Positions 50,501 to 59,174 are shown, counted from the first letter of the stretch. The stretch is 64,000 nt of DNA from Kiritimatiellia bacterium (GCA_040767085.1 JAXGPF010000011.1:1-64000), one strand, 5' to 3'. Notes: generated from the letters alone by a model not told the origin. Program-made: numbers and translations.

Positions 50501-51402
50501 AATCCGAACCGCTGTTCCAGACGATCAATCGTCACGTCGCCGTCTTTCCAACTCAAATCCACTAGATAAAGCTGCGGCGCGTTCGGATGCCACGGCCGGA
50601 AGTCATCCTGACGCACGCTCCAGGATAATGGCCGCTTCAGATCCTCCGGGTTAACGGGGACCGTCCCCCGCCCGAGCAGCGTCCCGGAAGATGCGGCGCG
50701 AATGCGCCACTCAATACCCGTTTTACCGGAAATTTGCGCCGAATCCAAGGCCGCCAGCTCCACCTGAAACACTGCTTCCTTCAAATCAGCGCCGGGTTTA
50801 ACATAAACGCTTTTGATGCAAGCCGGACCACCGGCAACGAGCAGGCGCACCGGTTCGACAATCCCCCCGTATCGCCAATATTGTTTTTCCATGGCTTGCG
50901 TGTTATCCACGGAAAGGACGATTTCATTCGTCGCGCCCAGCTTTAAATACCCGGAAATTTCAAGCTCCAGCGGCGTTATGCCGCTGTACGGATAAAAGGC
51001 CGCATGCTGACCGTTAATCCAAACATTGATCCGGTCGTAGGCCCGGCCGACATAAAGCCGGACCGAGCGCCCTTTCCAGACATCGGGCGCCAATACCGTC
51101 TTCCGGAAAAAACCGATACCGCTCAGCAGCTGGAAAACCTCATCAGCACTCGGCGGAAAATTCCACCAAGCGGCCGTTTTCAACCGATCGACCTGAAACC
51201 CAAGATAATCGGGAACAGCGACCTTGACATCGTACTGCGGCGCCGACGGAAGCTCAGGGGTGTCGGCCGCGCCCTCCGCCTTAAACGTAAAGTCCCAGTC
51301 GCCGTCAAGCGACATTTCCTGCGAGGCAGCGCCGGCAAATTCAGCCATCATTGACAACGCCGCAATGACCGCAAGAAATATTATTGTCAGATATTTCCGC
51401 AT
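47509..51402 (-). CDS. Secreted GH2-like glycoside hydrolase with C-terminal Ig-like modules
   Basis: Paralog of 40391-44125 (SLDGDWDF, RFGLRRWS, PNQAMRGIEYSFS, PLIAHE, GWGDWQFYPLL); RBS AAGGAG before ATG 51402. Confidence 0.82.
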   Translation of the reverse strand: MRKYLTIIFLAVIAALSMMAEFAGAASQEMSLDGDWDFTFKAEGAADTPELPSAPQYDVKVAVPDYLGFQVDRLKTAAWWNFPPSADEVFQLLSGIGFFRKTVLAPDVWKGRSVRLYVGRAYDRINVWINGQHAAFYPYSGITPLELEISGYLKLGATNEIVLSVDNTQAMEKQYWRYGGIVEPVRLLVAGGPACIKSVYVKPGADLKEAVFQVELAALDSAQISGKTGIEWRIRAASSGTLLGRGTVPVNPEDLKRPLSWSVRQDDFRPWHPNAPQLYLVDLSWKDGDVTIDRLEQRFGLRRWSSEGRTLKLNGQPIYLRQYYGTTDITHARHPQDKAWWLRFFRLIKDRGYNSFDAYNVAMSGEWLAAADEAGIVVQCAATEHVTVEQTTGRKIAQMPDLWEDVIRWTRAYPSMCIYYIGGEIKYYDGFIDDCAKIYQLMRALHPEALLLPNQAMRGIEYSFSAEDKKEKLTEKPFPYHAERLRQITVVSDIFGTVKKNFSYVKLDVPWHTVDSWLTIYQRPLIAHEILMCGRSTPFLWGDQFNSLRYGPQGIEYLCRTYGYPRSKKAVLDSIANNHPKTAVAYENISRLNAIMCKYVFEKIRKCGNLAGFQDISGQAGLNLFLDDSPGYAAGSMLRYNDDNVVLLDFDGGNCRNRCYWMGDEFNGRVMVSLYDGAPAPSGNLSWVLKDGSQTLKQGSTQAVAIAAGSVTSLVEIVFNWPELPENKRLNLAVSFRAYDRPAAQTNDWDFWVFRRLVASGVKAKCSPALGRTWAREFPLWTQTDTNRADRLWVVDLLNEEAIAHLEQGGDVLLTGGRPFPLYTQWTTFQQGHRNWHNHATIVHAHPIWSHIPHAGWGDWQFYPLLQGAAPVIFAARWQKDWGKQPDADPRLPIMAEIPFAPILEVLDRLGSRDQACIFELKAGKGRLLVSTCVADPDKPVCAVLFAALVNYMAGEKFNPEKSVSPDVLRRLLPGTWPTVEKNALRFSTQVFTGGTLWKKYSNFNIKPRDGIAVNPGDEMKAVFDLQDAQIPTASGGHLTLAIDGQDCDKPGPTGLQILLNGQLVYAGTNRCVKKGWSIWKLPVRREIIRAGQNVLVFRNTEDPANSESWFMLAEAIISGKGAGAPAQTAVKPSVPVEWHNKPFALAWQAKRWCRINDGEWKETDKVSIDQAGLQRITVKQSRADAEAEMREVGLDLTPPSLSLLSRPPVEQIAGEYFASPKTEFTLESKDSLSGVKQVEIAINSSEYKPYAGPFSLPAGRHSIRARVTDNAGNQTVTFTSGLEGGGATDCIQIQVH

Positions 51403-51468
51403 ACCGGTGTTCTCCTTGTGTTTGCTTGCGCTTTGATTTGTCTTCAACTTCTGCTAACATTGCGTTTG

Positions 51469-52689
51469 TCATTCATCCTGCCAATGTAGTCTGGCCAGCA
51501 GCAGGTCGCCTATAAATTGAATATAATTAAAACTTGCGCAATCCGTCCAAAAGCGCTTTCCCTTTTTATGGTCAGAACGATCGAACGTCCCTTGCAGCCA
51601 TTCACCCGTTATGACCCACGATTCCGCGGGGCTTGCATCCGCGATGCAGAAGCATCCCATTCTCGCGCCTTTTTCAGGAAAGACAATCCGCTCCGTGTTT
51701 CTGATAACGCAAAGCTTGTCCGGGTCAACTTCGGCCATATATAATGGCGCCCGGCTTCTGACCACGCCATGATTCAGCTCGCTCCTGCGATTATAAACCA
51801 GATAGAGCCTGTCCTTGTGTTTCAGCCAGTGCTGTTGGGTGTTGTAGTTGCCCAAATCCAGCCCATCGTCAAATTTCCAGGTCGCTAATTCTTTGAAATT
51901 AAGCCCGTCCTCACTGGTCGTCACATAACCCCTGAAATCGTGGCGAATCGTCATTAAATACTTCTTCCGGAAATAAACCAATGACGGCTCGGCCAACCCC
52001 CGCGCTTCATTAACCGCGTGAACGCTGCCGTGCTCCAGGTATTCCAAGTTCAATCCATCATACTTGCATCGCAGCACCGTAATATTGGAATACGCGCCAT
52101 TGCCGATCCGCGCCGGGCCGGAATAGTAATAACCTGGAATGAGCACGGTGCCGTCATCACATTCGTGCTTCTGGCCCGCATAATAAACGCCCAGCCTGGA
52201 ATCGTCTGGCGTTTTCAATCGCTTCCACGGCTCGAAATCCTGCGTGAGGGGGTTCCATGCCGAATAGACGATGCTGGAGTAAAAACCGGGCACCCGGACA
52301 TGCTGTTCTTTTTTACACCGGTAAACGACGTCGCTGCCGGCATCCTCGACGCAATGTGTCCCGCCAATGGCGACCAGCTTGCCCGTTTTCTTATGATAAA
52401 GCGGCCCGAACCAAGGCTCCTCGAACACATCGTCTTCCATGGGAATTTTGTGCCATTGCTGGCTCAATACCGGCGGCGTCCATGTTTTACCCAAATCGGC
52501 GGTTCTGATAAACAGTTGAGGGCCGATGTCTGTGCCGGTCAGCAGGGTTGCCACCACAAATATTTCAGGGGCGCCGTTTGCTTCCCGTGCCGGCATTACA
52601 TCCATGCGCGGCTCAAACCATGCCTGGTTGTTTTTCCGGCCGTGCAGGATAACTTCATTTTCGATTCGGGCAATACGATCCATGTTCAC
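51469..52689 (-). CDS. Sialidase-like (BNR/Asp-box) protein, paralog of 44191-45411
   Basis: TADLGKTW, TSEDGLNF, LGNYNTQQHWLKH, RSRAPL. Confidence 0.75.
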   Translation of the reverse strand: MNMDRIARIENEVILHGRKNNQAWFEPRMDVMPAREANGAPEIFVVATLLTGTDIGPQLFIRTADLGKTWTPPVLSQQWHKIPMEDDVFEEPWFGPLYHKKTGKLVAIGGTHCVEDAGSDVVYRCKKEQHVRVPGFYSSIVYSAWNPLTQDFEPWKRLKTPDDSRLGVYYAGQKHECDDGTVLIPGYYYSGPARIGNGAYSNITVLRCKYDGLNLEYLEHGSVHAVNEARGLAEPSLVYFRKKYLMTIRHDFRGYVTTSEDGLNFKELATWKFDDGLDLGNYNTQQHWLKHKDRLYLVYNRRSELNHGVVRSRAPLYMAEVDPDKLCVIRNTERIVFPEKGARMGCFCIADASPAESWVITGEWLQGTFDRSDHKKGKRFWTDCASFNYIQFIGDLLLARLHWQDE

Positions 52690-52775
52690 TCCATACCGCG
52701 GGCCATTGATTCAGGCTGCCGTTCCACGTCAATCCGGCCGGCAGCCGGAGCGCTGACGCATTGCCGGCGCCGCCA

Positions 52776-53873
52776 TCATCCGATACGCCGGCAGGTATCG
52801 CCGGCAATAATACGCAACGGCATCTTGATGTTGACCGGCGGGCTGATGTTCCCTTCGATCAGGCCCAGGAGGGCCAGAGCCGCTGTTTTGCCGTATTGTT
52901 CCGGAATTACGCCCCCCACGGTCGTGATCCGCATCCCGTTGCTTTCGACCTGCCTGTTCCCCGCCGTCAACAACGACACATCTTCTGGAACCCGGATGCG
53001 GTTGGCCTTAAATGCATGGAGAAGTTGGCCCAGAAATTTTTGATGAAACGAAAAAACCGCCGTCGGAGGATTGCCTTGCCGGAATAATTCCCGGACCGTG
53101 CGCGCCATAGCCTCCGGCGCATAGTCGTCGGTCCGGAACTCCCGTTGCGGATCATAAAGTTCGCGGGCCACCATGGCTTTGCGATACCCATCAAAAAAGT
53201 TCCGGTAAATCAACTCGTCCGATCCTCGCCCGATTACCGCAATCCGCCGGTGCCCCAGCTTGAGCAAATAGTTCGTTGCCTTGAAAATCTCGCCGGCGCT
53301 GTATTCTTCCACATAATTGAGATCTTCGCGCAGGGAGGCTCTACCCATCATCACATAAGGAATATTTTCATCCCGCAGGCGAACGACAAACCGGTCAACC
53401 TTTGAGCCAAAATGCGCCCCGCTGATAATCAACCCGTCCACCCCGGCTTCCATGACCTTGTTCGTTTTCATTTTAATGGTCTGATTGTCCATCAACAAGG
53501 TATGCCACCCGCGCGCGGAAGCTACCCCGTTAATCCCATGCACGATCGCATAATGCGTCGGGGCCTCCGTTGCCGTTAATTTAACGGCCAGCGACATTAA
53601 ATAGAGCCCGATGGTCCCGCAGCGGTTGCGTCGGATTTTGCTTCGGTCGCTTACATACGTTCCCTTCCCGGCTTCGCGGTAAAGGATGCCCGCGTTCACC
53701 AAATCAGCCATGGCGCGGCCCACCGTTATCCGGCTGATCCCGTATTTTGCGCATAATTGCGGTTCGGAGGGAACCAGCGCGCCCGGCTTCAAGCGGCGGG
53801 TTTTGATTTCACGTAAAAGCAGCTGCTTTAATTGCAGATACCTTGGGATATGATTGGTTTTGATGATTTGCAT
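52776..53873 (-). CDS. GntR-HTH / LacI-type sensor transcriptional regulator (AraR-like architecture)
   Basis: PRYLQLK...PSEPQLCAKYGISRITV..A...L...G.LYREAGKGTYV; C-terminal LGHRRIA...PTAVF...RVPEDVSL. Confidence 0.9.
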   Translation of the reverse strand: MQIIKTNHIPRYLQLKQLLLREIKTRRLKPGALVPSEPQLCAKYGISRITVGRAMADLVNAGILYREAGKGTYVSDRSKIRRNRCGTIGLYLMSLAVKLTATEAPTHYAIVHGINGVASARGWHTLLMDNQTIKMKTNKVMEAGVDGLIISGAHFGSKVDRFVVRLRDENIPYVMMGRASLREDLNYVEEYSAGEIFKATNYLLKLGHRRIAVIGRGSDELIYRNFFDGYRKAMVARELYDPQREFRTDDYAPEAMARTVRELFRQGNPPTAVFSFHQKFLGQLLHAFKANRIRVPEDVSLLTAGNRQVESNGMRITTVGGVIPEQYGKTAALALLGLIEGNISPPVNIKMPLRIIAGDTCRRIG

Positions 53874-54124
53874 CGCCGGGATATTGTCATGCTGTCATTA
53901 CAAGTAATTCATTGCATAATTATCGGCGGTTGTCAAGGAATAGCACGAAAAATAATTCAACCGGGGATGGCCCTGGCTCACCGGTGACAAGGGACACGTC
54001 TCGACATGACAGTGGGGTCACGTCTCGACATGCGGTTCCGCTGAAAAAGTCTTGTCGCCGCCGTGGGTTTGGCGCCGTATTAAGCGCGTGGAAATTTGGG
54101 TCTGTCAGGTAGGAATTGGTGTCT

Positions 54125-54246
54125 GGAATTGGGGTCAGTCAGTAGTTTTATCACTCTTTATTAATCTGTCCCTTCCCGCACGCAGGGAATTAGGGTCAGT
54201 CAGTAGTATTATCACTCTTTATTAATCTGTCCCTTCCCGCACGCAG
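54125..54246. repeat. Tandem duplication of a 61-bp unit (2 mismatches)
   Basis: GGAATT(G/A)GGGTCAGTCAGTAGT(T/A)TTATCACTCTTTATTAATCTGTCCCTTCCCGCACGCAG at 54125-54185 and 54186-54246. Confidence 0.9.
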
Positions 54247-54744
54247 TCCCGGAGGATTTTTAAACGACTTTTGTGCCCTGTAATAAATTGATGATCCATG
54301 CTTCACCTGGCATCAGATGTCGAGCGCCCGCCTACGCCTGACTTCGGTGCAGGGAAAAGGCGGCCAAGGCGCGGGCCGTGCTGGCGGCACTACCCGCCCT
54401 ACCGAAGCCGGGGTACGAATTCCGGGGGTGTGGTGCTTGCTCCGTGAGCGCCGTTCCGGTTTCCGCCTTGGCGTCCTTAGCGTTCTTGGCGGTTAATCCG
54501 GATGTCCGGCTGTGGTGGCGCCATCGGATACCGAACACAGTTCGGCCGCTACGGTCAGAATTTCAGAGGCATAACGATGGGAGAGCGCGCTGGCGTCACT
54601 GTGGGATATCGCGGTCAAGCCGATGTAACTCGCTGCAAAGATATTGCGTATTCCGGGATAAATCGGCCGGGCAAACCGGGATTAAACCGGCCGCATTTTG
54701 GTGTGGCCCGAAACGGTGGATGCAAGGCCTGCGATGAGCAAGCC

Positions 54745-54763
54745 TGGTGGAGCGGAGGAGATT
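54745..54763 (-). repeat. Duplicated tRNA-Ala 3' end (att-like or tRNA-linked repeat)
   Basis: AATCTCCTCCGCTCCACCA; 18 bp identical to 54885-54902. Confidence 0.85.
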
Positions 54764-54886
54764 GCGGCGCCGTGCTCCCGCACGGCTGGGCCCTTGCGGG
54801 CGCGATGCCGGGAGGCATCGCCTCTGCGCGCCGCGCCCTTCGCGGCTCGCAGTCGAACCCCCCGGGAGTTCTCATCTCCAAAGGGG

Positions 54887-54959
54887 TGGAGCGGAGGAGA
54901 TTCGAACTCCCGACCCCCACGTTGCGAACGTGATGCTCTACCAACTGAGCTACCGCCCC
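54887..54959 (-). tRNA. tRNA-Ala (anticodon CGC), CCA not encoded
   Basis: GGGGCGGTAGCTCAGTTGGTAGAGCATCACGTT-CGC-AACGTGGGGGTCGGGAGTTCGAATCTCCTCCGCTCCA; G3:U70 alanine identity pair; D- and T-loop consensus. Confidence 0.95.
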
Positions 54960-54987
54960 TCGGTGCGACCAAACCAATCCAGCAACG

Positions 54988-55122
54988 TCAAACACTCTGA
55001 ACGGCCGCGCTGGACTGCTGCTTGGCCAGTTTCTTCTCTTTGCGCTTCTGGAGTTTTTCTTTCAGACTTAATTTCGGCTTATTGCTGTGCCCGACATTGC
55101 CCCGGTCCATGCCTTTTGCCAT
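54988..55122 (-). CDS. Small Lys-rich protein (44 aa), not in the ORF track
   Basis: MAKGMDRGNVGHSNKPKLSLKEKLQKRKEKKLAKQQSSAAVQSV*; RBS GGGAGG 5 nt upstream; upstream sigma70-like promoter. Confidence 0.7.
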   Translation of the reverse strand: MAKGMDRGNVGHSNKPKLSLKEKLQKRKEKKLAKQQSSAAVQSV

Positions 55123-55180
55123 ATACGCCTCCCATGGTCAGACGGAAACAAATACACCGGCTTGCAAAAAAGCAGGGCGT

Positions 55181-55208
55181 ATTATCGCCATCCGCCCGGC
55201 AGTGTCAA
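55181..55208 (-). promoter_or_regulatory. Sigma70-like promoter for the small ORF and tRNA-Ala
   Basis: TTGACA-N16-GATAAT on the minus strand. Confidence 0.55.
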
Positions 55209-55220
55209 ATAAAAACGCCA

Positions 55221-56108
55221 TCACAGCCCCAGCAAATGGACGGCGTTTTCACGGGCGACTTTGCGGAAGACGGCATCGCTGATGCGTTTTTCATCCCGCA
55301 TTTTAGGCAGGAAGTCCGCCAGCGGCGTCGGGGTTTCGGGATAGCTGATATCGGTGCCGAAAAACAGCCGGTCCTGGAATTCGACCAAGAATCCCGCGGC
55401 ATAATCCGGATCGCGCTGCAAGGCGTTGCAGCCGCTGCCGGCGGATAAATCGCCCAGGAGGTTGGGATATTTCCGCATCAGCTTGGGCACCACGCCCTCT
55501 TCCCGGACGGGGTAGTCCGGATAGCCGTATCGGTCGCGGGGAATCTCCAGGCGCGCCATTTCCGCCCAGAACGTCTGGGAATGGCCGAGGAACTTTAATT
55601 TCGGGAAACGCTGCAGGCTGTATTCCAGTCCGGGCAGTCCGGGCTCGTCATACAGCCCGTACATCCCCCCAAGCTGCGCGGCCAGGTGGAAGGTCAGCGG
55701 CAGGCCGGCCGCCTCGGCGTGCTTGAAAAGATTCTGCACCATGGGGTGCCGGATGGGCATGTTGGCGCAGACTTCGCCGATACCCTTGCAGCCGCGGTCG
55801 CGGTAATATTCCATCAACTCGTTGAGCGGCGCGTCAGGGGAATTGCTCATGGCGCGCGGATCGATATTGCAGAAAGGAACAAACCGGCCGGGATATTTCC
55901 GGCAGACATCCAGAACTTCCTCGTTGGACTGCGGCATGTGCGCGCATTCCGGGTTGACGCCGGGGAGCAGGACGGCGCACTCGATGTCGAGTTGATCATA
56001 GCGGGCGATCAACTGCTCCGGCAGCGCATAGGCATGCGCGCCGCGCTTGCGGTGCGGCGGGCTTTCATGCATCCTGGTATGACCATGGATGTCAATAAAG
56101 GTTTTCAC
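55221..56108 (-). CDS. Amidohydrolase_2-family metallohydrolase
   Basis: FIDIHGH, PFCNIDPR, GIGE, PLTFH, FLGHS, DLSAGSG, FFGTD; GTG start overlaps the upstream stop (GTGA). Confidence 0.9.
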   Translation of the reverse strand: MKTFIDIHGHTRMHESPPHRKRGAHAYALPEQLIARYDQLDIECAVLLPGVNPECAHMPQSNEEVLDVCRKYPGRFVPFCNIDPRAMSNSPDAPLNELMEYYRDRGCKGIGEVCANMPIRHPMVQNLFKHAEAAGLPLTFHLAAQLGGMYGLYDEPGLPGLEYSLQRFPKLKFLGHSQTFWAEMARLEIPRDRYGYPDYPVREEGVVPKLMRKYPNLLGDLSAGSGCNALQRDPDYAAGFLVEFQDRLFFGTDISYPETPTPLADFLPKMRDEKRISDAVFRKVARENAVHLLGL

Positions 56109-56977
56109 AGCGGCGCGAGTTTCAAGGCATTGCCGGCGTAGATTTTGTCCAGGACGTTCTGCGGCAGGTTCAAGCTGTTGATGAGTTCCTGATGGCCGTT
56201 GTCGAAATAATCGCGGGCATAGAGCACGCGGTCCTGGAATTCCAGCAGGAACTCGCGGGTAAATTCCGGGTCGCGGGACAACGCCCCGCAGCCTGAGCCC
56301 GCGGAGATGTCGCAATACAGGTTGGGATACTTGCGCAGGTATTCCACCACCTTGCCACCGGGCACAACCTTGCCCTTGGGATAGGAAACCGTCAAGTGCT
56401 GGCCGTCGCCGGAGATATTGCCCCAGAAGCCGGGCGCATGTCCGAGGAAGATGGTTTCCGGGCAGGCCTGCAGAGCGCGTTCCAGGGGCTCGATGCCGCC
56501 GCCATACCAGTAGCCCGGGCGCGGATATTTCGGGGCATTGGGAGCCGCTTTATCATAATCCAGGTGGACGGTCACCGGCAGTTGCTTTTGCCCGCAGAAC
56601 CGGAACATGCGCAGGGCGTCGGGGTTGTCATACATCATCCGCAGCTTCAATTCGCCGCAAACCTTGACGCCGTGAATGGCGATGGCGGCCTCCAGCCGGT
56701 CAATCGCATCCGGCCGCCGCGGATCGGGGGCGTAGCCCAGGATGAATTTGCCCGGCGCGCGCTGCATATACGAGACGCCGAGGCTTAAAGGAATGGGGCC
56801 GGTAAAATCATCGTGCAGGGGAGAAACCACGCGGTTGTTGCCAGGCGCATACTCGTCCCGCGGCGATTCCCATGTCAGCAGCCAGGTGACGTCAATGTTG
56901 TACTGGCGCATGTTGGCCAGAAACTTGTCCAAATCGTGCCCGTGCCAGTCGGGATGGTTATGTGCGTCTATGATCAT
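56105..56977 (-). CDS. Amidohydrolase_2-family metallohydrolase (paralog)
   Basis: IIDAHNH, GELK, PVTVH, FLGHAPGFW, DISAGSG, YARD. Confidence 0.9.
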   Translation of the reverse strand: MIIDAHNHPDWHGHDLDKFLANMRQYNIDVTWLLTWESPRDEYAPGNNRVVSPLHDDFTGPIPLSLGVSYMQRAPGKFILGYAPDPRRPDAIDRLEAAIAIHGVKVCGELKLRMMYDNPDALRMFRFCGQKQLPVTVHLDYDKAAPNAPKYPRPGYWYGGGIEPLERALQACPETIFLGHAPGFWGNISGDGQHLTVSYPKGKVVPGGKVVEYLRKYPNLYCDISAGSGCGALSRDPEFTREFLLEFQDRVLYARDYFDNGHQELINSLNLPQNVLDKIYAGNALKLAPL

Positions 56978-56981
56978 GGTA

Positions 56982-58259
56982 TTATTTCCTGTATGCGGCG
57001 GATACCTTGGCGATGGCCTTGACGATGTCGGCGGCTTCCGCCGCGCCCCAGCTTTCCCGGATCACCAGGTCGAAATGCGCGTCCAGCGCCGCCATGACAT
57101 TGGGGCACGGGAATTGGCGGTCGGGATCGCCCTGGTAAGCCGGCGAACTCCAGGGCAGGCGGCTGCTGCCGAACACCTGCTTGTTTTTGAACCAATCGTA
57201 GTGAGTCGGCGGATTGACGTAGCGCACGCGCACCAGGACGCCTTCCGCCGCCAGCGCGGCGCAGAAAGTTGCCTTATCGCAACCCGCCTGCTCGGCCTGA
57301 AAACGCATCCGCAGGAACCAGTAACTCGGCTCGGCGCCTTTTAACTGCGGCGGCAACACCGCCAGGCTGTCCGGCGGCAAGCCTTCCTGAATGCGCTTAA
57401 CCAGGTCGCGGCGGCGCTGGACGATGCCGGGCAGCTTCTTTAACTGCACGCTGCCGATCACCGACGCCAGATCGTTCAGGTTGAAATTCAAGGTGGCCTG
57501 GCAGCAGGAAGCGCTCTCCGGCAGGCCAAACGGCTTGCCGCGGTCGGACGCACGCCGGACCTTTTTGTACAATTCCTCGTCCGCGGTCCAAACGAATCCG
57601 CCCTGGCCGCCGGCGCAGTGGTGCTTGCCGAACATGGTGGAAAAGGCGGCGATATCGCCGAAAGTGCCGAGCAATTTGCCGTTGAGCTTGGCATAATGCG
57701 CCTGGGCGCAATCTTCCACCACGGGGATTTTATGCTTGCGCGCCACCCGCATGATGCCTTCCATATCGGCCGGCTCGCCGAAAATATGGGCCACGACAAT
57801 GGCGCTGGTGCGCGGGGAGATCAGTTCCTCGATCTGTTCCGGGCCGGGCATGTAAGAGCCCGGGGCGGCGTCGGCAATCATGGGGATGCAATTCAGCAGC
57901 GGGATGGGCATGACGCCGCCGGGATCGGTGATGGGGCCGACGATGATTTCGGTGAATGGTTCGGGATCGAGCGCATGCAGCGCAACGTAGACCGCGCTGG
58001 TGCCGGAGTTGACGGCATCGGCGTAGCCGCCGCCCATGAACTCGGCGAATGCACGGCAATAGTCCTGCTCGTCCGGGCCGCCGTAGCCGAACGCCTTGCC
58101 GCTGGCGATGGCGCGGTCGAACAACGCGTCCACCGCGGCCTTCTCCTCCTGCCCGATCAGGCTGCGCTCGGGCCAGGGAGCGGTGCGGACCTTGGGGCCG
58201 CCGTTGATAGCAAGCTGATCAGGGGCTGCTTTTGAATTTTTGCCGGTCATGTTTTTCAC
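56982..58259 (-). CDS. DegT/DnrJ/EryC1/StrS-family PLP aminotransferase
   Basis: LAINGGP, NSGTSA, VEDCAQAH, FSTMFGKHHCAGGQGG (PLP Lys). Confidence 0.9.
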   Translation of the reverse strand: MKNMTGKNSKAAPDQLAINGGPKVRTAPWPERSLIGQEEKAAVDALFDRAIASGKAFGYGGPDEQDYCRAFAEFMGGGYADAVNSGTSAVYVALHALDPEPFTEIIVGPITDPGGVMPIPLLNCIPMIADAAPGSYMPGPEQIEELISPRTSAIVVAHIFGEPADMEGIMRVARKHKIPVVEDCAQAHYAKLNGKLLGTFGDIAAFSTMFGKHHCAGGQGGFVWTADEELYKKVRRASDRGKPFGLPESASCCQATLNFNLNDLASVIGSVQLKKLPGIVQRRRDLVKRIQEGLPPDSLAVLPPQLKGAEPSYWFLRMRFQAEQAGCDKATFCAALAAEGVLVRVRYVNPPTHYDWFKNKQVFGSSRLPWSSPAYQGDPDRQFPCPNVMAALDAHFDLVIRESWGAAEAADIVKAIAKVSAAYRK

Positions 58260-58352
58260 CTTCCGTGGTTATTACGCGGTTTGTTCGCCAATTGCCGTGA
58301 AGACTAGCGCGCCGGCCCGCAAACGGCAATATCAATTTCTGTCCGATACCTG

Positions 58353-59174
58353 TCAAATCCCGCCATGCGCGCTGGGCGGCACCCCGGTGAATTTTTTGAA
58401 TGCGCGATGAAACAGCGAATATTGACTGAACCCCACCGCTTCGGAAACCGCCTCCAGCTTGATCGCCGAATTGGCGCTGATCGTGCGTTGCGCCTGCAAG
58501 ACCCGGCGTTGCAGCACATAATGCTTGATGGGCAAGCCGATGTCTTTCTCGAACAGGCGGAATAAATGCCGTTCGGAGATACGCAGGAATGACGCCATCT
58601 CGCTGACGTTGAAGGCAGCGGCGTAATGCTGTTCGATGTAATCCAACGCCCGGCGGACCACCGGATGCATAACGTGTTCGGAAACATTAGCTTCCGCGCG
58701 CTTGACCCGGCACATCAACTCCATCAGCATAGCCTGGTTGATCAATTGCCATCCCGGCCGGCAATCTTTGCTTTCCCGGATGATCTTGCAGATGATCTGC
58801 TCGATCACCGCCGCTTCGCCGCCCGTCAGGCTGACATGCCGCTGCATGGACAATACATCGTTCAAGACCGCCCTGGGCCAGGCCATTGTTTTGACATCAA
58901 ATACCAGGCAGAATTTCTCCACCCGGCTGCCGGGCGATGACAACAGCCGGTGAATCTCGCGCGGCTGAATCACGATGACGGAATTTTTGCCGTAGGGAAT
59001 GTTTTTCCCTTCCACAAAATAACAGCCGGCCCCGTCCTTGACGAAATTTATCTCCATTTCGGCATGCCAGTCCAACCGGCAGGCATGGGAAATTTGACGG
59101 CGGCCCCATGCCGTGACAATGGGGTGATCCCGCGAAGTGAGGCGCCGGCAAGCTGGTTTGGCCATGATTTTCAC
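58353..59174 (-). CDS. AraC-family transcriptional regulator
   Basis: Cupin WHAEMEI...PREIH; C-terminal ISERHLFRLF...VGFSQYSLFHRAFKKFTG. Confidence 0.92.
   Translation of the reverse strand: MKIMAKPACRRLTSRDHPIVTAWGRRQISHACRLDWHAEMEINFVKDGAGCYFVEGKNIPYGKNSVIVIQPREIHRLLSSPGSRVEKFCLVFDVKTMAWPRAVLNDVLSMQRHVSLTGGEAAVIEQIICKIIRESKDCRPGWQLINQAMLMELMCRVKRAEANVSEHVMHPVVRRALDYIEQHYAAAFNVSEMASFLRISERHLFRLFEKDIGLPIKHYVLQRRVLQAQRTISANSAIKLEAVSEAVGFSQYSLFHRAFKKFTGVPPSAHGGI

Noticed and set aside
54745-54902. Prophage or ICE bounded by tRNA att sites
   Set aside because: The two copies are only 139 bp apart, and there are no integrase or phage genes in the window.
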